Assembly (NCBI GenBank): GCA_964552975.1
Contig: CAZKJB010000001.1
Location: forward strand, 3,897-67,896
Reading direction: 5' to 3'
DNA from: an uncultured Terracidiphilus sp.
GTDB lineage: Bacteria; Acidobacteriota; Terriglobia; Terriglobales; Acidobacteriaceae
Length of the DNA: 64,000 nt
In this document: positions 39,152-48,288 of the stretch, in pieces
How positions within the stretch are numbered: position 1 is the stretch's first letter
Layout: each line of letters begins with the position of its first letter
The notes under the pieces: generated by a model
What the model was told of the DNA's origin: nothing
Databases searched by the model: none
The model's input: only the letters and a program-made list of their open reading frames with translations
Program-made: the position numbers and the translations under genes

Positions 39152-40259
39152 AGAGATAGACAGGATCCTTGCAGTTCCTCCATACGGCGAAGCGCCGGAG
39201 GAGAAGGAAGCCATTCTATTGGGACTTCTGCAGCAGGAGCTCAGCTCCGGCTGCAGTCGCCATCCTGGCTACGAGAATTATGTCCGCCAGTGGCCGATCG
39301 ACTATCGCTCAGCAAGCCGGGTGGCCGATCTCCCGTTTCTGCCTGTGAGCCTGTTGAAGGCAAATCCGCCGCTTTCGTTTATCCCTCCCGGCGAAGTCAA
39401 AAGGACTTTAACTTCAAGCGCGACAACGTCGCAATCACCAAGCCGGGTCGTGCTTGACGCAGCGACTTCGCGGCGCATGACCAAGGGAGTAGTAACGATT
39501 GTTCGCGACTTCATTGGGACTTCGCGAAGGCCCTACCTGGTCGTCGATACTGCGGATCTTATGCGAGGCGGAGGCGACTTAGGAGCGCGTGGCGCAGCCA
39601 TTCAAGGATTGCATCCCTTCGCCAGCCAGGCCACTTACTGCCTGAAAGTCGATGAACAAGGGGATCTCGCGCTCGACCGCGATAAGCTTCTCGAATTTGC
39701 AGAGACTCATCGAAACGCGGAGATACTGGTCTATGGTTTCACCTATATCTTGTGGAATCATCTGGTGAAACCTCTTGTTGCTGAAAATATCTGCCTCAAT
39801 CTGGCTCAGGTTCGGATCCTCCACAGCGGGGGCTGGAAGCGGTTGCAGGAACAGGCGGTAGAGAAGGCCGTTTTCAATCAGCAACTGGCGCGCGTCTTCG
39901 GCTGCTCTCCGGAATGTGTGATCGATTTCTACGGGATGGTGGAGAGTGTTGGGGTTATCTTTCCCGACTGTCCTGCGGGCAACAAACATACACCTGTCTT
40001 TGGCGAAGTGATCGTGCGTGACCCGCTGACCCTCGAGCCTGTCAAGGCTGGCGGTTACGGCATCGTTCAGGTATGCAGTGTCTTGCCAACGAGTTTCCCC
40101 GGCAATTTGCTTTTGACGGAAGATATGGCCCAGGTAATTGGCTATGACGATTGCTCCTGCGGAAGACGGGGCATCAGCTTTCGTTTCGCTGGGCGGGTTC
40201 CTAAAGCAGAGGTTCGCGGATGCGGCAACCTGGAAATCAAACGATCGGCCGGTAATTAG
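39135..40259 (+). CDS. luxE: LuxE-family acyl-protein synthetase
   Basis: LTSSATT, HSGGWK, FYGMVE, LLTED, C-terminal EVRGC. Confidence 0.85.
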   Translation: MEQLSEEIDRILAVPPYGEAPEEKEAILLGLLQQELSSGCSRHPGYENYVRQWPIDYRSASRVADLPFLPVSLLKANPPLSFIPPGEVKRTLTSSATTSQSPSRVVLDAATSRRMTKGVVTIVRDFIGTSRRPYLVVDTADLMRGGGDLGARGAAIQGLHPFASQATYCLKVDEQGDLALDRDKLLEFAETHRNAEILVYGFTYILWNHLVKPLVAENICLNLAQVRILHSGGWKRLQEQAVEKAVFNQQLARVFGCSPECVIDFYGMVESVGVIFPDCPAGNKHTPVFGEVIVRDPLTLEPVKAGGYGIVQVCSVLPTSFPGNLLLTEDMAQVIGYDDCSCGRRGISFRFAGRVPKAEVRGCGNLEIKRSAGN

Positions 40260-41531
40260 ATGACCACGCTTTCGAACGTTCAATTTGTTCATGACGTCGA
40301 ATCGCCGGCTGCCATTCTCGAAGCAGGCGCCGAGTTAAAGCGCGTCGTCTCTGAAGAACCGATCCGGCCGGACGAAGTGATTTCTCTTTTTGAGAACTGG
40401 GCCAAAAATTTGGACTCGCGCGAACTAGACGAAATTCCCGGGATTGTTTTCCTGAGAATGTGGTTGAGACGGGGCACACTCGAGCCAATTGTCGCGCGGG
40501 AGCTCGGCGCCAACAGCGTGAACGGTGGTTGGACAGACTATGGACGGGCCAGGTGCAAGCCGTTTCCGCTTGGCGTGATCGGTCATTGGCCGGCCGGCAA
40601 CGTTGAAATTCAGCCCATTTTGTCAATGACCTGCGGTTTGCTGGGCGGCAACGCCGCTTTGGTGCGTATTCCGAAGGACTTGGTTGAATTGACGCAAATC
40701 CTGACCAGCCGCCTGGCCCAAAGCGATCCGAGCGAACGGTTGGTGCGCCGGATCTTTATGGCCGCCTTCGACCATAGCCGTCTGGATTTGCACGAAGCCA
40801 TGGCGCGCTCGGTCGACGGCGCAATGATTTGGGGTGGTCAGGAATCGGTCCTCCAGGTTCGATCCCTTCCATTTCCCCACTGGGCGAGAATCGCGGTATT
40901 TGGTCCTCGCATCTCCGTCGCGGCAATGGACTCCGGAGCGTGGGGCAGTCCCGCGGACCAGAAGACCTGGTGCCTGCGCATGGCGCGTGATCTTTGGCAG
41001 TTTGACCAGCAGGCATGTTCTTCGCCGCAGGTCCTGTATCTCGAAAAGAGTTCGGAACAATCCACTGATGAGTTTCTGACTAACTTGAAAACTGCGTTTG
41101 AGAACGAAGACCGCGCACATCCGCGGCAGGTAATCTCTCCGTCGCTTTCTTCGGCGATCGCCAAAGCGCGCGCTTCCTGGCTACTCGACGATCCCTCTCA
41201 CCGGGCATTCTTTCCTATCGGACCCGATTGGACAATTCTCGTCGGCTCTGGCGCCGATGTTCCGCCTCCCATTCAAGGCAAGACTCTCTACGTCCTCGAA
41301 GTCGACGACTTGAAGGATGCAATTCAAAAGTTGGACGGAAATGTCCAAACGCTGGGTTTGGGCTTCGCGGATCCAGAGAAGGAAAACGAGATTGCATCCA
41401 TTGCAGGCCAGCGAGGCATTGACCGCGTTGTAAAACTCGGCCGCATGCACACTTTTGTGCCGCCGTGGGATGGGGTCGACTTGATCCGGCCGATGGTCCG
41501 TATGGTTCGTCATGTCAGTTCCGCAGAATAA
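40260..41531 (+). CDS. luxC: LuxC-family acyl-CoA reductase
   Basis: HWPAGNV, WGG, FGPRIS, DQQACSSPQ catalytic Cys, PWDG. Confidence 0.87.
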   Translation: MTTLSNVQFVHDVESPAAILEAGAELKRVVSEEPIRPDEVISLFENWAKNLDSRELDEIPGIVFLRMWLRRGTLEPIVARELGANSVNGGWTDYGRARCKPFPLGVIGHWPAGNVEIQPILSMTCGLLGGNAALVRIPKDLVELTQILTSRLAQSDPSERLVRRIFMAAFDHSRLDLHEAMARSVDGAMIWGGQESVLQVRSLPFPHWARIAVFGPRISVAAMDSGAWGSPADQKTWCLRMARDLWQFDQQACSSPQVLYLEKSSEQSTDEFLTNLKTAFENEDRAHPRQVISPSLSSAIAKARASWLLDDPSHRAFFPIGPDWTILVGSGADVPPPIQGKTLYVLEVDDLKDAIQKLDGNVQTLGLGFADPEKENEIASIAGQRGIDRVVKLGRMHTFVPPWDGVDLIRPMVRMVRHVSSAE

Positions 41532-41558
41532 CTCACACTCCATTGAGGAAATGAAAAT

Positions 41559-42458
41559 ATGAACGATGGTAAGGCATTTCTGAACGGTCTCGACCTGAAG
41601 GCCAGGACTTTTGCCGCCGCCGCGCGGACCACTGTAACTGCAAACGATGAGCTTTGCTCCTGGCTGCTTGACCCACTCGCTCGCTGGGCTCGCTCTGCCT
41701 ATGGCGATCAGACTTTCGAAGATGCTGCGAAGGGCTATGCCCAGTACTGCATGGGCGTTTGGAAGTCGCAACAGCAATACGAGAAGAACGGGAAGTACAG
41801 CCCCGAATCCATGCCCGAGATTGTTTCCGAGGTCTATGAGCAAGAAGGCTACATGGTTCCCTACATGTGGGCCGCGATCCTGATCTATCCCTTCTGGCCC
41901 TCGATGATCAATCACATCGCGCTCTATCGCGACGACTTTATCAAAGAACTGCCGCGTGATGCGAAAGTCCTTGAGCTGGCCTCCGGCCATGGAGTCATGG
42001 GACTCCTTGCAGCAGAAACGAGATCGGATATTCGTGTCGAGGGATTTGATATCAGCCCGCCCGCGGTGGCCGTGTCGAATCGTCTCCGGGGCGCCTCGGG
42101 GATGGAAGACCGCGTGAGCTTCGAAGTAAAGAACGCACTTAATTTGGAGTTAGCCGGAACTCGAGGCACTTACAAGGGAATCATCGCGGCCATGCTGGCC
42201 GAGCATTTGCAGGATCCTCGACCGTTATTCGAAGTCATTGCTCACCATCTTGCCGACGACGGCATCGTCTTCTTCAGCACAGCCCTTGAATCCGCGCAGC
42301 GTGACCATACTTACGAATTTCATCGTGAAAGCGAACCTCTCAAAATGGCCGAGGAAGTCGGGCTCCGGGTTACGAAGCTCATCAGTGACGCGGGAAATCC
42401 CGTTCCTGGTGGCCGCTTCCTCCCTCGCGCTCTCGGCATGATCCTGCGCAAGCGCTGA
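41559..42458 (+). CDS. Class I SAM-dependent methyltransferase
   Basis: VLELASGHG, GFDIS, EHLQDP. Confidence 0.82.
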   Translation: MNDGKAFLNGLDLKARTFAAAARTTVTANDELCSWLLDPLARWARSAYGDQTFEDAAKGYAQYCMGVWKSQQQYEKNGKYSPESMPEIVSEVYEQEGYMVPYMWAAILIYPFWPSMINHIALYRDDFIKELPRDAKVLELASGHGVMGLLAAETRSDIRVEGFDISPPAVAVSNRLRGASGMEDRVSFEVKNALNLELAGTRGTYKGIIAAMLAEHLQDPRPLFEVIAHHLADDGIVFFSTALESAQRDHTYEFHRESEPLKMAEEVGLRVTKLISDAGNPVPGGRFLPRALGMILRKR

Positions 42459-42528
42459 ACGCTTGTAATGGTCCTATCTTCGACTCAAAATTTGACGTCC
42501 ACTCAACGGTTTTCTCAGGAAAGTTACG

Positions 42529-42969
42529 ATGATTATGACGTTTGAGCAGGTGAAGTCGTGCCTGAAACAGCGCTTCCCGATGCTCATGGTCGACCGGGTC
42601 TTGGAATCGGAGCCAGGCAAGCGAATCAAAACCCTGAAGAACGTGACTGGTAACGAGATCCAGCTTGTCGGTCACTTTCCTGATCACGCCATCATGCCCG
42701 GAACCTGCATTATTGAAGCCATCGGTCAGAGCGCGTCTCTCTTGTTTAGCCACGATACAGGCAAAGGCATGAATCCGGGAGAATTCATGGCGCTGGCTGC
42801 AGTCAACGATATGCGGTTTTTAGCGCCGGTGTTTCCCGGCCACACCATGATTATGGAAATCAAGATCCTTAAGATGACCGAGGAAGCAGCTTTAATCGAG
42901 GGAGTCGCCACCGTCGACGATACAGTTGTAGCCCGTGGCAAGTTAAGCTTTGCCCGCATGATGGTTTGA
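42529..42969 (+). CDS. fabZ: 3-hydroxyacyl-ACP dehydratase (hot-dog fold)
   Basis: RFPMLMVDRV, KNVT.NE, GHFP..AIMPG..IIEAIGQ, PVFPG. Confidence 0.88.
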   Translation: MIMTFEQVKSCLKQRFPMLMVDRVLESEPGKRIKTLKNVTGNEIQLVGHFPDHAIMPGTCIIEAIGQSASLLFSHDTGKGMNPGEFMALAAVNDMRFLAPVFPGHTMIMEIKILKMTEEAALIEGVATVDDTVVARGKLSFARMMV

Positions 42970-43155
42970 ACCCCTGCTAGAGTGATCCCTCTTCACATCT
43001 GTCCACCCAAGGACGCGGGAACTCTCGCGGCATGAAGTCGGCCGCCGGCCTTCTCCGCAAATGGAACGTCCGGTCACCCTCAGCCACCCGACGGTGAATA
43101 CCGAAAGCAGCAACCGCCCGTTTGTACATGCCACCACGAGATCGACAAAGCAACC

Positions 43156-44160
43156 ATGAATAACAAACCTCTCATTTCCGCCGTTATTCCCACTTACAAC
43201 CGTACGACCCAGACATTCACGGCCATCGAAAGCGTTTTGGCCCAGACCTATCCGAATGTCGAAGTCGTCGTCGTGGATGACGGTTCGATCGATGGCTCGA
43301 ATGAGGTCGTTGAAAAGTTTGTCGAGGAAAAAGTTGCTGCCGGCCATCGGGTATGCTTTGTTCGCCAAAAAAACCAGGGAGCAAGTACAGCTCGAAATAC
43401 CGGGATTGCCAAAGCGAGCGGAGAGTACATCGGGTTCCTCGATTCAGATGACATTTGGCTGCCTGAAAAGCTGGAATGGCAGCTCAAAGCGTTCCAGGAA
43501 TTCGGAGCTGAGTGCGGCGCCTGCGTAACGGATGCTCATTTGGTGAGCGCTGCCGGAATGGATTGCAGCAGCTTTGAAGGGACCGGAAGGGTCTATGAAC
43601 ATCCGATCGGGATCGATGAAGATGCACAGAAGGTGCTTGCGGCATCCTTCTGTTACTGGGTGTCGAGTCTGGTCGCACGGGCCGACATACTAAGAAAAAT
43701 TCATGGATTCAACCCGGCGATCTCCTTCGTGGAGGACCGTGACATCTTCTTTCGGCTTTCACTCGTAACTTCCATTTCTTATGTGAACAAGCTCCTCATT
43801 CGCACCGACAGGACACCATCACCCCCAGGTTCGACCTGCCGCCCCTGGGACAGACATGATGTGCAATTCCGGCAGCAGCAAGCGATGCTGGAAAGTTGGC
43901 TCAAAATGGGCCCTCAAGTGCCGTCAGATGTGCGCAAGGTCATCAATCGCACTTTAGGTTCCTTGCACTCAGCACAAGCGAACTGGCACCTCGAGAACTC
44001 GCGCGATGCCGAAGCTCGCCGATCGGTCACGGCAGCTCTCAAATACAAGAAATCGGCGGGTGTATTGGCGAAGTTCGCAATAACCTGGGTTTCTCCCGTC
44101 TTGGCCAGGAGCATCTCTCCGAAAACGAGGCCAATAGGGACCGCGGGACATGCCTCTTGA
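43156..44160 (+). CDS. Glycosyltransferase family 2
   Basis: VIPTYNR, VDDGS, GASTARN, FLDSDD. Confidence 0.9.
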   Translation: MNNKPLISAVIPTYNRTTQTFTAIESVLAQTYPNVEVVVVDDGSIDGSNEVVEKFVEEKVAAGHRVCFVRQKNQGASTARNTGIAKASGEYIGFLDSDDIWLPEKLEWQLKAFQEFGAECGACVTDAHLVSAAGMDCSSFEGTGRVYEHPIGIDEDAQKVLAASFCYWVSSLVARADILRKIHGFNPAISFVEDRDIFFRLSLVTSISYVNKLLIRTDRTPSPPGSTCRPWDRHDVQFRQQQAMLESWLKMGPQVPSDVRKVINRTLGSLHSAQANWHLENSRDAEARRSVTAALKYKKSAGVLAKFAITWVSPVLARSISPKTRPIGTAGHAS

Positions 44161-44288
44161 GTGAGCGGCTCCGCCTCCCTTCGGCGTCGGCGGGTGCTAT
44201 GCGACGAGAAGCAGAAGTCAGACGGCCACTTTAGACACGCGGGTCATCCTACCGAGTAGGATCACGATTCAGATTACCGGAGAAATTG

Positions 44289-45107
44289 ATGGCGGAATTG
44301 CTCATCGAGGCTGATCACATAGAGCGCCAGTATTGGCGAGATCTTTGGCGTTACCGGGAGTTGTTTTTTTTCTTTACCTGGCGGGATTTGCTCGTGCGCT
44401 ACAAGCAGACGTTCGTCGGGGTCAGCTGGTCGCTGATCAGGCCTGTGCTTACGATGCTGGTCCTCACGATTGTATTCGGGCGGTTGGGCAAAATGCCGGC
44501 GGAAGGTGTTCCCTATTCGCTTTTGGTACTTTGCGGGATGTTGCCTTGGCAGTTCTTTTCAATGTCGATGTTTGAAACTGGGGAGAGCCTCGTCGCGAAC
44601 TCGAGCATGATTTCCAAAGTCTATTTCCCGAGGCTTGTAATGACCGCAAGCAAAATCATGACAAGCCTTGTAGATTTCCTGATTTCGGTCGCGTTTCTCG
44701 CCGTGCTGATGATCTGGTATCGTTACGTGCCGCCCGTGCATATCTTGCTCCTTCCTTTTTTTGTGCTGCTGATGATTGGTGCATCGCTAGGAGTTGGTTT
44801 GTGGGTTGCCGCCCTCATGGTTGAATATCGCGATTTCCGTTTTATTGTTCCCTTCTTCGTCCAGTTTGGCCTTTATCTTTCGCCGGTTGGATACTTAAGC
44901 AGCGTTGTTCCGGCCAGGTATCGCCTCTTCTATGCGCTCAATCCGATGGTGGGAATCATCGACGGCTTTCGGTGGAGCGTGCTAGGCACTAAGGGCGGCA
45001 TTTACTTGCCCGGCGTCGCAATCGCAGTCGTTGACGTAATCCTCCTTCTCGTATCGGGAATTTGGTATTTTAGAAAAACCGAACGAACTTTTGCCGACGT
45101 TATCTAA
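44289..45107 (+). CDS. wzm: ABC-2 polysaccharide transporter permease
   Basis: RDLLVRYKQT, ISKVYFPR, YRD, SPVGY, LNPM, FADVI. Confidence 0.93.
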   Translation: MAELLIEADHIERQYWRDLWRYRELFFFFTWRDLLVRYKQTFVGVSWSLIRPVLTMLVLTIVFGRLGKMPAEGVPYSLLVLCGMLPWQFFSMSMFETGESLVANSSMISKVYFPRLVMTASKIMTSLVDFLISVAFLAVLMIWYRYVPPVHILLLPFFVLLMIGASLGVGLWVAALMVEYRDFRFIVPFFVQFGLYLSPVGYLSSVVPARYRLFYALNPMVGIIDGFRWSVLGTKGGIYLPGVAIAVVDVILLLVSGIWYFRKTERTFADVI

Positions 45108-45203
45108 GAAATGCTAAGCCAATCATTCACAACTTTTTTCCCACGCTTCACGTATTGCTCTCACGGGGATGTTATCTAAGAAATGCTAAGTCAATCATCC
45201 ACA
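45096..45203 (+). repeat. 36-bp direct repeat, two copies 72 bp apart, duplicating the wzm stop / wzt start junction
   Basis: GAcGTTATCTAAGAAATGCTAAGcCAATCATtCACA (45096-45131) vs GAtGTTATCTAAGAAATGCTAAGtCAATCATcCACA (45168-45203); 33/36 identical. Confidence 0.9.
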
Positions 45204-46523
45204 CTCCCTGCCAAGTCCGATTCCGTCATTACGATCGAGAATCTCGGCAAGATGTATCATATCGGCCGGCAACGAGCCAAAGGTGACGGTCTGCGCCATG
45301 CCATCGAGGGCGCCATGCGCACGCCGCTTGCTTGGCTCCGCTCTCGCGGAGAGGAAAAGCCCAAACAAGTTGATTTCTGGGCGTTGAGGGGTGTTTCGTT
45401 CGAGATCAAGCGTGGCGAAGTCGTCGGGATTATTGGCAGCAACGGTGCAGGGAAGAGCACCTTGCTGAAGTTGTTGAGCCGAATCACTGTACCCACCGAA
45501 GGGCGAATTCGCACCGTCGGCCGAATCGCCAGCCTGCTTGAGGTTGGCACTGGATTCCATCCGGAGCTCACTGGCCGGGAAAACATCTTTCTTAATGGCG
45601 CCATCCTGGGCATGGCCCGCGCCGAAATCATTCGCAAATTTGACCAGATCGTCGAATTCTCTGAGATTGAACAATTTCTCGACACGCCTGTAAAGCGCTA
45701 CTCCTCAGGCATGTATGTCCGGCTGGCGTTTGCGGTTGCTGCTCACCTTGATCCCGAAATATTGATCGTTGACGAAGTACTGGCCGTCGGCGACGCTTCA
45801 TTTCAGAAGAAATGCCTGGGTAAGATGGGAAGCTTCGCCGATACCGGAAGGACAGTTGTCTTTGTCAGTCACAACCCCGAGGCGGTTCGGACCTTGTGTC
45901 AAAGAGTGGTTTGGATAAAAGATGGCAGGGTTCACAAAGATGGTCACGCGGATGAAGTCGTTGGGGACTACTTCGATAGCATAGCCACCCAAAAAGTCAA
46001 AACGGTGACGAAGCAGGATTTTGGGTTTACTGTGACGAAGGTCGTGCTTCGAGATGACTCGGGGCAGGTTCGCAGAGAGTTCCAGCCTGGCGAAGATCTG
46101 ATTGTCGAGATAAATTACGACGCGCAGAAGCCTTTGGAACGACCCTATGTTACTCTCGGCATTTCCGGGGCGAATGGTACGTGCTTTACAGCCAACATGT
46201 TGCTTGACGGCCGCAGACCCGAGGTGCTGGTCGGCGAAGGCAAACTTTCCTGCCGATTCAAATCCATACCCCTGTTCCCACAGAAATACACAGTGAAAGT
46301 GTCCATCAGGGCGGAAAACGGTAGCGACTATGTCATTGGTTACCAGGACGCCGCCTATTTCGCTGTAGTCTGTGACCTCGCCGACTACGGATTCAATGGA
46401 GATTTTCTCACACGGGCCACGACGTCGACCCCGGTGGTCGTGCCTTATGAATGGCAGTTGCCTGATGGAACAATTCTTCCTGTTTCGTTGGAAACACCGC
46501 GGAAGTTAGCGACAACAACATAG
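45183..46523 (+). CDS. wzt: ABC polysaccharide transporter ATPase with C-terminal Wzt_C carbohydrate-binding domain
   Basis: GSNGAGKST, YSSGMYVRLAF, DEVLAVGD, VSH; C-terminal beta-rich extension. Confidence 0.93.
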   Translation: MLSQSSTLPAKSDSVITIENLGKMYHIGRQRAKGDGLRHAIEGAMRTPLAWLRSRGEEKPKQVDFWALRGVSFEIKRGEVVGIIGSNGAGKSTLLKLLSRITVPTEGRIRTVGRIASLLEVGTGFHPELTGRENIFLNGAILGMARAEIIRKFDQIVEFSEIEQFLDTPVKRYSSGMYVRLAFAVAAHLDPEILIVDEVLAVGDASFQKKCLGKMGSFADTGRTVVFVSHNPEAVRTLCQRVVWIKDGRVHKDGHADEVVGDYFDSIATQKVKTVTKQDFGFTVTKVVLRDDSGQVRREFQPGEDLIVEINYDAQKPLERPYVTLGISGANGTCFTANMLLDGRRPEVLVGEGKLSCRFKSIPLFPQKYTVKVSIRAENGSDYVIGYQDAAYFAVVCDLADYGFNGDFLTRATTSTPVVVPYEWQLPDGTILPVSLETPRKLATTT

Positions 46524-46607
46524 CAGCAGACATCAAAGCGCAGCGGGATCCACCACCCTTCAAATTTCTCGCCACTCCCTTTTCGAGTAATTAGAGAAAG
46601 CTCTGCC

Positions 46608-47300
46608 ATGACGGGTCGATCAATTGCAATCATCCCGGCTCGTGGCGGCTCAAAGCGCATCCCACGCAAGAACGTCAGGCCTTTTGAGGGAAAATCGATC
46701 ATCGGATACACACTCGCCGCAGCTCTGGAGAGCGGCCTCTTTCAGCGCGTGGTGGTCAGCACCGATAGTGAAGAAGTTGCAGAGGTCGCGCGGGAATGCG
46801 GAGCCGAGGTTCCATTCTTGCGCGATGCGAGCCTTGCAGATGATTTCACGCCGGTTTCGTCGGTCACGGCCGACGCGCTGTTTCGTCTTGACCCCACTCG
46901 TGAACAATTTGAATGCGTCGCTCAGCTTATGCCGAACTGCCCGCTGCGCACCTCGAACGATGTTATCGATAGTTACAGACAGTTTGAGAAAACCGGCGCC
47001 GAATCGCAGATTTCAGTCGTGCGTTATGGCTGGCAGAATCCCTGGTGGGCAATGAGACAGAATGAGAAACACGAATTGGAACCGGTATTCAAAGCGGAGA
47101 TGACCGCGAGAAGTCAGGATCTCCCGGATCTCTTCTGCCCGACCGGTGCGATCTGGTGGGCCAAAACGGAAGTTCTGCGCCGGGCGAAGACATTCCATGT
47201 CGAGGGAAGAACAGGTTGGGAAATTCCCTGGGAGCGTGGAATTGATATCGATACCCTCGACGACTGGAAGATGGCCGAAGTGTTGTCCAGGCTCTTGTAG
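46608..47300 (+). CDS. Acylneuraminate cytidylyltransferase (NeuA/PseF/LegF family)
   Basis: IIPARGGSKRIPRKN, VSTD, RSQDL, DIDT..DW. Confidence 0.92.
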   Translation: MTGRSIAIIPARGGSKRIPRKNVRPFEGKSIIGYTLAAALESGLFQRVVVSTDSEEVAEVARECGAEVPFLRDASLADDFTPVSSVTADALFRLDPTREQFECVAQLMPNCPLRTSNDVIDSYRQFEKTGAESQISVVRYGWQNPWWAMRQNEKHELEPVFKAEMTARSQDLPDLFCPTGAIWWAKTEVLRRAKTFHVEGRTGWEIPWERGIDIDTLDDWKMAEVLSRLL

Positions 47301-47356
47301 CGACAAGACACCTAATACCCAAGCCCTTGGTCGACAACGGGCTCATTTAAGGATGA

Positions 47357-48277
47357 TTGTTATTGCCGGACACATCTGAACCTCTCGCTGTTTATACGAC
47401 GATATACCCCGGGGTTGAGACCTATTTAGGCGAGTGGTACCGCTCTTTGTGCGAGCAGACTGACACAGGGTTTCAACTCTGGATCGGCTTGGACGAGTTA
47501 AGAAAAGAATCGATCCAGAATTTGTTAGGACCGGATCTGAGGGCGAATTGGATCGAAGCCCCCTCAGGAGCCACTCCCGCCGAAATCCGGCAAATGGCGC
47601 TTGCCAGAATCGTCGAATCTGCATCCGGGGTCGTGCTGGTAGATAGCGATGATTTACTGCACCCCACACGTATAGAAGCGGCACGATCGGCTTTGCAGTC
47701 CAGCGAACTTGTGGGCTGTGCGCTGCGACTTATCGATCAACAAGGCAAAGACCTCGACTCGGTTTTCAACTTGCCGCCGCTTCTTCAACCCGAAGATGTC
47801 TTGCCGCGCAACAACGTTTTTGGATTCTCCAACTCAGCTTTTCGTTCCGAACTTTTGAAACGAATTCTGTCGATCCCCGCCAGTGCAGTCTTGGTCGACT
47901 GGTTCCTGGCGACACGTGCCTGGCTGTTGGGTGCCAAACTTGCCTTTGATCGTGAACCCCGTATGGCATACCGTCGGCATCCGGGGAACACGGCTTTGGT
48001 CACACTCCCGTTCAGCCCGGATCAGGTCAGATATGCGACGGCTTTGGTCTGCCGGCATTTTCGCCTGCTGCTCGCCGAATCATCGCTGGAGTTCATGCCT
48101 GATCGCCACATCGAACTCAAGAGAGTTGCCAAAGACGTGGAAGAATTTAACCAGCACATGATTCTAAATCCGGGTAAGCTCGAGGGCTATGTGGGTGCGT
48201 TTAATGCTCTCGCGCCCCAGCAGATCTGGTGGTCATGTGTTGCCTATCCAGCCTTGAGTCATTTGTGGAGGCAGTGA
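47357..48277 (+). CDS. GT-A fold glycosyltransferase-like protein
   Basis: LVDSDD, DW, YRRHPGN; lies between the CMP-sugar synthetase and NeuB. Confidence 0.6.
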   Translation: MLLPDTSEPLAVYTTIYPGVETYLGEWYRSLCEQTDTGFQLWIGLDELRKESIQNLLGPDLRANWIEAPSGATPAEIRQMALARIVESASGVVLVDSDDLLHPTRIEAARSALQSSELVGCALRLIDQQGKDLDSVFNLPPLLQPEDVLPRNNVFGFSNSAFRSELLKRILSIPASAVLVDWFLATRAWLLGAKLAFDREPRMAYRRHPGNTALVTLPFSPDQVRYATALVCRHFRLLLAESSLEFMPDRHIELKRVAKDVEEFNQHMILNPGKLEGYVGAFNALAPQQIWWSCVAYPALSHLWRQ

Positions 48278-48288
48278 AAAGATTGAGT

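Noticed and set aside
39135-41531. Bioluminescence (lux) operon
   Set aside because: No luxA, luxB or luxD in the window; luxC/luxE homologs are known in glycan acyl-substituent pathways
45096-45203. Mini CRISPR array (36-bp repeat, 36-bp spacer)
   Set aside because: Only two copies, no cas genes, not palindromic, and the repeat is exactly the wzm/wzt coding junction
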